DNA of 27,019 nt from a bacterium (GTDB lineage Archaea > Thermoplasmatota > E2 > JACPAO01 > JAHFTW01). The notes under the pieces are model-generated. The model saw only the letters and a program-made list of their open reading frames with translations, was not told the origin of the DNA and searched no databases. Positions 8,911 through 17,299 of this stretch are shown one piece after another. Location: positions 1-27,019 of the forward strand of contig JAZJZE010000012.1 of NCBI GenBank assembly GCA_040390065.1. The letters run 5' to 3'. The position numbers were made by a program, and so were the translations under genes. Numbering within the stretch: the stretch's first letter is position 1; every line of letters starts with the position of its first letter.

Positions 8911-9682
8911 GAAGCCCTTCGCGAACACGACGGCCCTGGTGACCGGCGCCGGCCACCGGCTCGGCCGCGTCATGGCCTTGCGTCTGGGCGCTCTTGGCGC
9001 CCGCGTCGTCGTGCACCACGGCAAGTCGTCCAGCGCCGCCGTCGACGTGTGCGCCCGCCTTCACCGCATGGGCGTCGAGGCCGTGCCCGTCCAGGCCGAC
9101 CTGTCGGAGCCGAAGCAGGCGGAAACCCTGGTCGAGCGCGCGCGCAAGGCCGCCGGCGGACCGCTGCGGTTCCTCATCAACAACGCCGCCGATTTTCCCA
9201 AGGCGAAACTCGAGAAGCTGGAATGGGACGAACTCGCCGAGAGCCTGCGCATCGATGCCTGGGCGCCCCTTGCGTTGACCCGGGCCTTTGCCGCGCAAGT
9301 GGAGCGCCCCGCCGACCACGACGAGCACACGCCGCTTGGCGCCGTCGTCAACATCCTCGACGCGCGCATTGCCGACTACGACTGGGAGCACGCCGGCTAC
9401 CATCTCGCAAAACGGATGCTTGCCGACCTGACGCAACTGTGCGCCGTCCGCTTTGCCCCCGACGTCACCGTCAACGGCGTGGCGCCCGGCCCCATCCTTC
9501 CGCCGCCTGGTGAGGGAAAGGCGACGCTCGAACGGTGGGCAAAGCACTTGCCGCTGCAGCGGACTCCGACCCCCGACGATGTCGCGGACGCAGCGCTCTT
9601 CCTTCTGGGGGCCCGCAGCGTCACCGGCCAGGTGGTCTACGTCGACTCGGGCCGCCACCTCGGCCGCGCCGTCTACGCGTAG
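8903..9682 (+). CDS. Short-chain dehydrogenase/reductase, pteridine reductase/FolM-like
   Basis: TGAGHRLG (the TGxxxRxG variant typical of PTR1/FolM), LINNAA, YHLAK, VNGVAPG and VTGQVVYVDSG motifs. Confidence 0.85.
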   Translation: MDEKPFANTTALVTGAGHRLGRVMALRLGALGARVVVHHGKSSSAAVDVCARLHRMGVEAVPVQADLSEPKQAETLVERARKAAGGPLRFLINNAADFPKAKLEKLEWDELAESLRIDAWAPLALTRAFAAQVERPADHDEHTPLGAVVNILDARIADYDWEHAGYHLAKRMLADLTQLCAVRFAPDVTVNGVAPGPILPPPGEGKATLERWAKHLPLQRTPTPDDVADAALFLLGARSVTGQVVYVDSGRHLGRAVYA

Positions 9683-9715
9683 CAGGCTTCAACTCGCACG
9701 GACGAATCGGCCATC

Positions 9716-10201
9716 GTGGCCCTCGCCGTCGGCGCCCCGCTTCCTGCCTTCTCCCTCCAGGCCGCCGTCTCGGCCGTCCGGATCGACAACGCATGGTTCA
9801 CGGGGCGGCGGGCGGTCATCGTCGTGCACGGCCCCAAGTCGGCGGACGCGGCAAAGCAAGTCTCGAAGGCGCTGCGGACACGCGAACCGGATGCGTCCAA
9901 GGTGGCCTTCGCAAGCATCGTCGACCTGCGGGCGTTCGCGGGCATCTGGAAGAAGGTGGCGCAGGCACAACTCAAGGCGAGCTACACGAAACTGGCCGAG
10001 AAGGCGACCGCAGCCGGACTCAAGCCGGAGGAGCAAGTCATCATCTGCCCGGACTGGGACGGCGCTGTGGCCGCGGCGTTCGGCGTCGCAGACCCCGACA
10101 AGGAACCGCATGCCATCGTCATCGGCCAGGATGGACGCGTCCTGCAACGCCGCTGCGGCGCCGAGCTTGCCATCGCAGTCGACGACGTGCTTGCGTCCTA
10201 G
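9716..10201 (+). CDS. Thioredoxin-fold/redoxin-like protein lacking CxxC
   Basis: VGAPLPAFSL N-terminus and PDWDGAVAAAFGV...AIVIGQDGRV C-terminus typical of AhpC/TSA-like folds; no CxxC at the expected position. Confidence 0.7.
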   Translation: MALAVGAPLPAFSLQAAVSAVRIDNAWFTGRRAVIVVHGPKSADAAKQVSKALRTREPDASKVAFASIVDLRAFAGIWKKVAQAQLKASYTKLAEKATAAGLKPEEQVIICPDWDGAVAAAFGVADPDKEPHAIVIGQDGRVLQRRCGAELAIAVDDVLAS

Positions 10202-11178
10202 GTGTCGCCCGCGTGTTGGACTTCGATCAGCGTTCCTGTGATGTGGTAGGACTGGCCTGCCCCGAAACTGCTGTCGTCCTCCATGCTCAACTCGACGGGC
10301 ATGCCGCGTGCAAAGGGCAGGTCCAGCATGTGGGCGCGCAGGGGGCTCCCGCCAGTGACCGACACGGCAACCCAGCCGCTGCTGCAGCGAGCGTCGACCG
10401 GGTCGCCGCAACTAGCATGCAGCGTCATGCTCTGCGTGAGCGTCGTCGGCGCCGTCCACGTGACCGTGAGATCCATGGATTCAATCTGCCCGACCACCGG
10501 GTCCGTGGTGTACGAGACCATGCGGAGGCCGCTGCAGCCCGGCGTCGCAACCGGCACGCAATAGCCCGTCTGGCCGACGAAGTCCACGGTGTGCGTGATG
10601 ATGGTGTCAGCCGGGTGGCTGGAATCGTCCCAGATGACGTTGAGGCGGCCTTCGATGAGGATGTCCATGGTCTCGCCTGGGCGTCCCGTCATGCCGGGTG
10701 TGGCCACGTAGGCCCTTGACTCGACGCCTGTACCTGCCGCAAGGCCCGGCGTCGTTGCGCTCATGTGAAGCAACGTGTGACCGCGCGTCGAGCCGAAGCT
10801 GCTGCACGAGCCGCCGGCGGGGCAGCCGACCTTCCACGCGATCTCCGGATCACTGGATGCGTGGAGGACCTGCAGCGTGAGGTCAAAGCCAGTCAACGTC
10901 GCGTTCGCCGGCAGGCCGCGGTGGGGCCAAGGCATGCTCGGGGGACGCCCCTCGAAGCACAGCACCGGCGTGCATGTCCGGTTGGTCCCGACGATGTCGC
11001 GCACCGACCAAAGAATCGATCCAGGATGGGTCGTTGGATGCCCCCCGGAGCCACCACCATGCCCAGCCGAAACGTCCAGTCCCCCCAGGGAAACGGGCGG
11101 GACCATGGAGCTGTCAGGGGCTCCTGGGACGAGGCATCCGGCAAGACTCGCAACGAGCACGAAGGTGAGGGCCTTCAC
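10198..11178 (-). CDS. Hypothetical Cys-rich lipoprotein with two beta-sandwich-like repeats
   Basis: Signal VKALTFVLVASLAGC; four short Cys pairs; a TTCTTAAT box about 25 nt upstream supports a start near 11178 (alternative 11202). Confidence 0.7.
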   Translation of the reverse strand: MKALTFVLVASLAGCLVPGAPDSSMVPPVSLGGLDVSAGHGGGSGGHPTTHPGSILWSVRDIVGTNRTCTPVLCFEGRPPSMPWPHRGLPANATLTGFDLTLQVLHASSDPEIAWKVGCPAGGSCSSFGSTRGHTLLHMSATTPGLAAGTGVESRAYVATPGMTGRPGETMDILIEGRLNVIWDDSSHPADTIITHTVDFVGQTGYCVPVATPGCSGLRMVSYTTDPVVGQIESMDLTVTWTAPTTLTQSMTLHASCGDPVDARCSSGWVAVSVTGGSPLRAHMLDLPFARGMPVELSMEDDSSFGAGQSYHITGTLIEVQHAGDT

Positions 11179-11272
11179 GACCGCGCCGTGGTTTTGTGGC
11201 ATTAAGAACCCTTCCCCGCGCCATCTGCCCCCGGGCAATCACTTATGTCGCGCCGGCCGGTAAGCAGTGGCC

Positions 11273-12430
11273 ATGCGCGATGTATGCGTCGTCGGCGTGG
11301 GGACGACGAAGTACGGCCGGCACGACCTCTCGGCCCGAGAACTCATGACCGCCGCGGCGCAGGCGGCCATCCGCTCCTCCGGCATCGACCCTGATGCGCT
11401 TGCCTCCGGCATCTTCGGCAACGCCTTCGGCATGGCGGAGAAGCAAGGCCACCTCGGCCCCCTCATCATGACGGCGCTCGGCCTCGAGACGAAGCCGGCC
11501 ACCGTCGTCGAGACGGCATGCGCCTCTGGCGGCACGGCGTTCCACCACGGCTACCGCGACGTCGCCGGCGGCTTCTCCGACGCGGTCCTGGTCGGCGGGG
11601 TCGAACGCGTGTCCATGCTGGACACCTTGACGGCCACGACGTATTTCGCGTACGGCTCCGACTTCACGTACGAAGGCGGCACTGGCTGCAGCTTCCCCGG
11701 CTTGTACGCCACGATGGCGCGGTCGTACTTCGGCAAGCACGGCGCAACGGAGCGCGACCTCGCCGCCGTCGCCGTGAAGAACCATGAGAACGCGATCCAC
11801 AACCCCGTCGCGCACTTGCAGAAGCGCATCACCATCGACGACGTCATGGCCTCCATGAAAGTCGCCGACCCGCTCAAGCTGTACGACGCATGCCCATTCT
11901 CCGACGGCGCGGCAGCCGCCATCCTTTGCACGACGGACGTGGCGAAGGAACTCACCGAGACGCCCATCTTCGTCGAGGCCTCCGAGCGCGCCGGCAGCAT
12001 CGCCAGCCTGCATGACCGCGACGACCTCACGACCATCCCCGCGGCCGTCGACGCCGGCCAGTGCGCAATGACCAAGGCCAAGACGACGACGGACGGCATC
12101 GACTTCTTCGAGGTCCACGACTGCTTCACCATCGCCGAACTCGTCGCGACCGAGGATCTTGGCATCTTCAAGCGAGGCACCGCGGCGAAGGAAACCGTCG
12201 CAGGCACGACGCGCATCGGCGGCAAGCGGCCCGTGAACCCGTCCGGCGGCCTCAAGGCCAAGGGCCACCCCGTCGGCGCCACCGGCGTGGGACAGATCGT
12301 CGAGGTCTACGAGCAACTCTTGGGCGAAGCCAACGGCCGGCAAGTCGAAGGGGCCAAACGCGCGCTCACGCACAACGTGGGCGCAACTGGCGGTACCGTC
12401 GTCGTCAACGTGCTGGCCCGGAGGCGCTAG
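11273..12430 (+). CDS. Archaeal-type thiolase (acetyl-CoA C-acetyl/acyltransferase)
   Basis: VETACASGG (active-site Cys), SDGAAA, FEVHDCFT and NPSGGLKAKGHPVGATG motifs; a CTTATG box 26 nt before ATG 11273. Confidence 0.96.
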   Translation: MRDVCVVGVGTTKYGRHDLSARELMTAAAQAAIRSSGIDPDALASGIFGNAFGMAEKQGHLGPLIMTALGLETKPATVVETACASGGTAFHHGYRDVAGGFSDAVLVGGVERVSMLDTLTATTYFAYGSDFTYEGGTGCSFPGLYATMARSYFGKHGATERDLAAVAVKNHENAIHNPVAHLQKRITIDDVMASMKVADPLKLYDACPFSDGAAAAILCTTDVAKELTETPIFVEASERAGSIASLHDRDDLTTIPAAVDAGQCAMTKAKTTTDGIDFFEVHDCFTIAELVATEDLGIFKRGTAAKETVAGTTRIGGKRPVNPSGGLKAKGHPVGATGVGQIVEVYEQLLGEANGRQVEGAKRALTHNVGATGGTVVVNVLARRR

Positions 12431-12850
12431 ATGGCAGCCGACGCGACGGCGCAGCAAGGAGAGGACCCGCACGCTGCGGCCCGCCCGGCCATCAGCCTGA
12501 AGGAACAGCGCGAGGCGCTGCGCGAGGGAAAGGTCATCGGATTCACGTGTTCGGCCTGCCACTACGACCGTTTCAGCCCGATGAGCCGGTGCCCAAAGTG
12601 CAAATCGACCGCGATTGCGACGCGGCCGTTCTCGAAGACCGGCAAAGTGGAGAGTTACACGATCCAGGCCGTGGCGTCGGAACAGTTCCTCAACGAGACG
12701 CCGTTTGCCTTCGCCGTCATCCAACTCGACGACGGGCCGCGGGTCTCCGGCTGGATCCCGTGGATCGCGAAGCCAAAAGACCTCGCGGTCGGCCAAAAGG
12801 TCGAGTACACGCCGAGCTACAAGCCGGGGATGCTCTTCGAGAAGCGGTAG
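12431..12850 (+). CDS. DUF35-family Zn-ribbon/OB-fold thiolase partner protein
   Basis: CSAC...CPKC zinc ribbon followed by GKVESYT..PFAFAVIQLDDGPRV; directly downstream of the thiolase. Confidence 0.93.
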   Translation: MAADATAQQGEDPHAAARPAISLKEQREALREGKVIGFTCSACHYDRFSPMSRCPKCKSTAIATRPFSKTGKVESYTIQAVASEQFLNETPFAFAVIQLDDGPRVSGWIPWIAKPKDLAVGQKVEYTPSYKPGMLFEKR

Positions 12851-12984
12851 GCCGGCCGAGAAGGCTTAAGCCCGGCCTCCCCGCTGGGCAACTCATGGGA
12901 GGGCCCGTCCGCAAGTCCAGTTGCTTCTCCTTGCCGAGACTTGTGTCAATCTCCCTATATGCGCCGCCCAGGCGTTCCTGGGCC

Positions 12985-15477
12985 ATGGGCAAATCCCAAG
13001 CAAGCAACCGAACCCTGTTGGCCGGCCTCCTGGCAGCCCTCCTTTGCGGGGGCGGCTTGCTGCACGCTGCGAACGGCCAGGTGTCAAGCCCACCAACTCC
13101 AGGCCTTCCGGCGACGTTTGGGGTGGCCGAAGCGCGTGTCGGCGACGTCGCGGCGTACGACTCGTCGCTGCTGGCATTGAAGGACGGCGCGTTGCTCACC
13201 ATCGAGCCCAGCCGACCCTACTTCGCGTTCCAACAACTGCCGGCGGGGACGGCGCCGGACGTCGACGGCAACATCCGGCCGGACCTGCCGGTCGAGACTT
13301 GGTTCACCTACTACAGCCCAGGCAACCCGGGCGCCGTCACCAGCCATCACGCAATGCACCGGGACGCCGGCGATGGCACCATCTTCGCCAGCACCGACGT
13401 GGGCACGTACTCGGACACGTACACGTTCCCGGATGGCGAGACGTACGCCCAGTCGGCTGCCCTGACCAGCATGGGCCGCTACGCCGAGGACGCCTTGGAC
13501 TTGACCTGCGGGGTCGCCAGTTCGCTTCAGGGCGCAATGGTCGGCACGGACAACGTCACGGACTTGTTCGAGGGCCCTTGCCGAGCGGGGGGAATGGCGC
13601 TGCCGCCGCACCTTGGTGCCCACGCCATTCGCGTGGACCGATGGGGAAGCGAGGACGCCGTCGCCTTCGAGGCAACCTCCTACTGGCTGAGCCCCGCGAA
13701 TTCGGGCCCGCTTCCGCCCGGCTACATCACCGTCTGGTTCGCCGCCTCGAACCCGTACCCGCTGCGCATCGTCGAACGGATTGCGCCGTCGAGCAACTCG
13801 TACCAAGGAATCCCTGCCAATGCGACCGGTTTTGCCATCGTCGACCTCGTGGGCTTCCAGCGTGGCACCGGGCCGGCCATCCACGCTCAGCCGCTGGGCC
13901 CTCTCCAACCAGGCGTCCCGGTGTCCACCACGCCCACGTCGCGCTGGGGGCCACTGGAGAAGGGCACGAACCTGCCGTTCCCGTTCGCTGACGCGTTGGA
14001 GGCCGCCAAGGCAGACGCGGGGACGAGCGAAGTCCGCGACTACCTGGCCTCACACCCCGACGCCTACGTCAAGGAGGCCTTTGGCGGTGGCTACGGCAAC
14101 CGCAGCCGGGACATGCAAGGCGTCCACGACCTGGAACGCGAACGTTCGGTCGGAATCGGCTGGTGGTTCGTCCTCGACGATGGCCATGACACCCTGAACG
14201 TGTCGATCAGCCGGACGACCACCTGGACCGACTACAACCTCCCGAACGGCCAGACGGTATCCAGCCAGCCGCAGACGACGACTGCCGTCAGCCGGGTCAA
14301 GTCAGGCCACTGGATGAGTACCCCGTTCTCTGTCCTGCCGTCGCGGATGCCCACCTATGCCTTCGTGGCCGCCCGCTGGCATGCCGCCGCCGCGGCGACC
14401 GTGGGCGACAAGCCGGCCGACGCGCTGAGGTACACCGTCGACCCGCATTGCTGGAGCGACGCAAAGGATGCTTGGATCATCTGCGAAGCCGGCCAGACGG
14501 CACGCGTCCTGGTGAGCGCTGGGCGCGCCGAGAGCCGCCAGTGGAGCAACGTGTCGTCGCTCACCGATCCTACCAACTTCGGCGTCCACGACACCATGGT
14601 CTCCAGCCTGAGCCTCTTGACGGTGGAATCCGACGGCTCGAATTGCTGCTTTTGGGAAAGCTCCTCCAGTTGGCGCGACGCCATCCCGACGCCAGGCGTC
14701 ACGCTGTCCAAGGTCGTCGGCTTCTCGCAACCCATCGCGGCGGTGCTGCAGCAGATTGCGGCGCGCACCCCGACTTCCACTTTGACCCCTGAGCCAACAC
14801 TAGGTCCGCAGGGCCCGGCGCGACTCGACCGGGTCGCGGGCGTCGAGGAGTCTTCCAACCCGGCCGCCGCAAACGCCATCGCCGCGCACGGCCCGTCAGC
14901 CCTGGTGGTGGCCGGGGTGACGACCGTGCTGGGAATCAGTGGCCTGGCCGCCCTCATCTGGTTCGCCAAGCTTCTGGGGCTGCCCATGTTCTCACGCTTG
15001 CGCAAGCACCGCGCGCTGGAGCATCCCGTGCGCGCCGAACTGTTGGCGCTCATCGAAACGAATCCCGGCATCCACCTGCAGGACTTGATGCGGCGCTCGG
15101 GGACGGGTTCTGGGCCTGTGCGGCACCACTTGGCAAAACTGGCCGAGGCCAACCTCGTCACGCACCACGCTGCGGCCGGATACACATGTTACTTCCCGGC
15201 CGGCAGGTTCGATCGGCATCGCATGGCTGCCGCGGCCACGTTGAAGGCGCCCGGCGCGCAACGCATTCTCCAAGCCATCGCCGGACCGGAGCCCGTGACC
15301 TTCGCCGACGTCCACCGCGCCACAGGGCTTGCCATCTCGAGCGTGCAGTACCATGTGCAGCGTCTTGCCGCGGCGGGACTTGTGGCACGCCATGACGGCG
15401 GAGGGCCGGCGCGCCTGCAGCTGACCGCATCCGGGCGCGACGTGGCGTCAAGTCAGAGCGCGTCGAGCACGGCTTGA
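12985..15477 (+). CDS. Membrane-anchored transcriptional regulator: signal peptide, about 600-aa extracellular region, TM helix, tandem winged HTH
   Basis: Hydrophobic N-terminus LLAGLLAALL; TM ALVVAGVTTVLGISGLAALIWFA; HPVRAELLALIETNPGIHLQDL..VRHHLAKL and RILQAI..VTFADV..SSVQYHVQRL wHTH units; a CTATAT box about 25 nt upstream of ATG 12985. Confidence 0.85.
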   Translation: MGKSQASNRTLLAGLLAALLCGGGLLHAANGQVSSPPTPGLPATFGVAEARVGDVAAYDSSLLALKDGALLTIEPSRPYFAFQQLPAGTAPDVDGNIRPDLPVETWFTYYSPGNPGAVTSHHAMHRDAGDGTIFASTDVGTYSDTYTFPDGETYAQSAALTSMGRYAEDALDLTCGVASSLQGAMVGTDNVTDLFEGPCRAGGMALPPHLGAHAIRVDRWGSEDAVAFEATSYWLSPANSGPLPPGYITVWFAASNPYPLRIVERIAPSSNSYQGIPANATGFAIVDLVGFQRGTGPAIHAQPLGPLQPGVPVSTTPTSRWGPLEKGTNLPFPFADALEAAKADAGTSEVRDYLASHPDAYVKEAFGGGYGNRSRDMQGVHDLERERSVGIGWWFVLDDGHDTLNVSISRTTTWTDYNLPNGQTVSSQPQTTTAVSRVKSGHWMSTPFSVLPSRMPTYAFVAARWHAAAAATVGDKPADALRYTVDPHCWSDAKDAWIICEAGQTARVLVSAGRAESRQWSNVSSLTDPTNFGVHDTMVSSLSLLTVESDGSNCCFWESSSSWRDAIPTPGVTLSKVVGFSQPIAAVLQQIAARTPTSTLTPEPTLGPQGPARLDRVAGVEESSNPAAANAIAAHGPSALVVAGVTTVLGISGLAALIWFAKLLGLPMFSRLRKHRALEHPVRAELLALIETNPGIHLQDLMRRSGTGSGPVRHHLAKLAEANLVTHHAAAGYTCYFPAGRFDRHRMAAAATLKAPGAQRILQAIAGPEPVTFADVHRATGLAISSVQYHVQRLAAAGLVARHDGGGPARLQLTASGRDVASSQSASSTA

Positions 15478-16520
15478 GCCGTCTCGCGCACGGTGCCGAC
15501 GACCATGTACGCCGCGCGTTTGCCGATGGGGTCCTCAGGGTCGCAGCCGATCGCACACACCGTCGGATGGCCTTCGATGGCCTCGAGCAGATCCAGGGCG
15601 CCGCGGACGCCGACGGTGACCAGCAGGCGCGGTGCGATGCTGCGGTCGTAGACGCCGACCACTGGGTCCGTCGTGGACAAGCCGCGTTCGACGATGCCGG
15701 TCGTGACCCCGAAGACGGCGCCCATGCGCTCGGCGAGCCGACGGGCCAGGTCCAGTTCCTCCGCCGTCTGGATGCGCGCACCGGCCACCAGGACGCGTTC
15801 CGCGGTCTCGATGCCCGGCGCCGGTGCGGGCTTGCTGCCAAGGACACGGATTGCGGCGATCTTTCCCGAGTCGACCTCGAGGTCGTGCACGCGGACGTGG
15901 GTCGATGCATCCTCGAGTGGCGCCCGGAACAGGCCGCGCTGCACGCTCACGAACTGGGGTGAGGCCTGCATGGCGGTCACGACCTGGAAGGTGCGCGGGC
16001 GCGCCCCCTCGGACACGCCGCCCGAGTCATGCGTCACCACGGCGAGGCGGCGGCTCGTGTCGACCTCGATCTTGCTGGCACCGGTGGCAAACCCCACACC
16101 AAGCCGGTTGGCGGCGTAGGCCGTGACGGCGTCCCCCGTCCTGCTTTGGAAGACGAGGATGAGTTCCGGCCGGCGCTTGCGCACGACCTGCTCGAGGATG
16201 CGCGCCGTGTGGTCGATGGGGGCATAATCGGGGGCGTTGACACGGTAGATCGTGTCGATGGGAAAGCGCTTGAGCTGCGCCGTCGCGGCCTCGAGGGCGG
16301 AACCGATGAGGAGCACCTCGACGCGGCACCCGAGTTCGTCAGCAAGGAAGCGGGCGCGCCCGACCAATGCCAGCGTCTCTGGGTAGACGCCTTTCTCCGT
16401 CGCGCGGCCAAGGACGAGGATGTTGCGCCAGTCGGCGCCACGCACGTCGTCCAGGGCACCCGAGCCCCCGCTGGGCTCGGGGCGGGCGCCGTACAGCTCC
16501 GCGAAACCAAGGTCGCTCAC
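15453..16520 (-). CDS. etfA: Electron transfer flavoprotein alpha-like subunit (divergent)
   Basis: Overall EtfA layout (RARFLADELG, RPELIL, PQFVSV, IAPRLLVTVG, AAYMVVG) and operon position; the FAD motifs are degenerate. Confidence 0.8.
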   Translation of the reverse strand: MSDLGFAELYGARPEPSGGSGALDDVRGADWRNILVLGRATEKGVYPETLALVGRARFLADELGCRVEVLLIGSALEAATAQLKRFPIDTIYRVNAPDYAPIDHTARILEQVVRKRRPELILVFQSRTGDAVTAYAANRLGVGFATGASKIEVDTSRRLAVVTHDSGGVSEGARPRTFQVVTAMQASPQFVSVQRGLFRAPLEDASTHVRVHDLEVDSGKIAAIRVLGSKPAPAPGIETAERVLVAGARIQTAEELDLARRLAERMGAVFGVTTGIVERGLSTTDPVVGVYDRSIAPRLLVTVGVRGALDLLEAIEGHPTVCAIGCDPEDPIGKRAAYMVVGTVRETAQAVLDAL

Positions 16521-17299
16521 GCGTCACCGCCGCGTTCGCCAAGAAGCGCCCGGCTGCGCATGCGTCGCACCATCGTCGCGCCGTCCACCTGTTCCAGAGT
16601 CTGCGACGGCGGCTGCACGGCCTCGATGCGCATGCGCTTGGTGAGTGCCTGCTGGACCGTGAACTGGTCCGCCTTGGTGCGCAGGATGCCGCGCACGCCG
16701 TATGCATCATGGATGCCCCAGGCGGTGGGATGGCTGGGCTCGATGTCGCCGACGATGACGACGCAGGGGCGCGGGATGGCAAGCTCGTAGTCGCCGAACA
16801 TGGATTGGTAGTGGATGCGCAGGTGGTCGCCGTCGGCCCGGATGCGGCTTACACCCACGACGCATGGCATCTCCAGCTGGCCCGCCATCGCGGCGAGGGT
16901 CCCCGTAAAGCCGGCGAATTCGCTGCGGGCCGGACCGATGACCGCGTCGAACGGGCCGTTTTCCCGGTACACGTCGGCAAGCGTCGTTGCGCGCGTCGAT
17001 GCGTCGGACTCGCCGTGCTCGGCGCCGTCGATGAGGATGCCCTGGTCCAGGCCATGCGCCAACGCTTCACGCAGGACGTCCTCGCCGCCGCCTTTGTCGA
17101 CGTGCACGGCGACGAGTTCCGCACCGTCGGGCACGAGTTGCCGGGCCAGCGCGATGGCTTGCAGCGATTCGCGGCTCACGACCCGGTCGAGCCCCTCGGT
17201 ATCGAGGGTCCCCGAACTGCGGCGCAGGCGCAGACGGCCGTGGAACGCGCCCGTCACGGGGACGAGGACCCGGAGCCGTCCGCCGGGGGCCGGGTTCAC
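16517..17299 (-). CDS. etfB: Electron transfer flavoprotein beta-like subunit (divergent)
   Basis: GTLDTEG, LREALAHGLDQGILI, GPFDAVIG and PCVV layout; GTGA overlaps with both neighbouring genes. Confidence 0.8.
   Translation of the reverse strand: MNPAPGGRLRVLVPVTGAFHGRLRLRRSSGTLDTEGLDRVVSRESLQAIALARQLVPDGAELVAVHVDKGGGEDVLREALAHGLDQGILIDGAEHGESDASTRATTLADVYRENGPFDAVIGPARSEFAGFTGTLAAMAGQLEMPCVVGVSRIRADGDHLRIHYQSMFGDYELAIPRPCVVIVGDIEPSHPTAWGIHDAYGVRGILRTKADQFTVQQALTKRMRIEAVQPPSQTLEQVDGATMVRRMRSRALLGERGGDA

Noticed and set aside
9680-9718. In-frame TAG between the SDR and redoxin genes (also in-frame TAA between the RPA-like gene and cyclophilin) as read-through or pyrrolysine recoding
   Set aside because: Each protein is complete on its own, in-frame spacing occurs one time in three by chance, and TAG is the commonest stop in the window.
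12061-12984. N-terminal extension of the 1138-aa ORF
   Set aside because: It is an Arg-rich shadow frame overlapping thiolase and DUF35; the signal peptide and TATA spacing point to ATG 12985.
15453-17299. etfA and etfB as pseudogenes
   Set aside because: No frameshifts or internal stops, full length, with coupled start/stop overlaps preserved.
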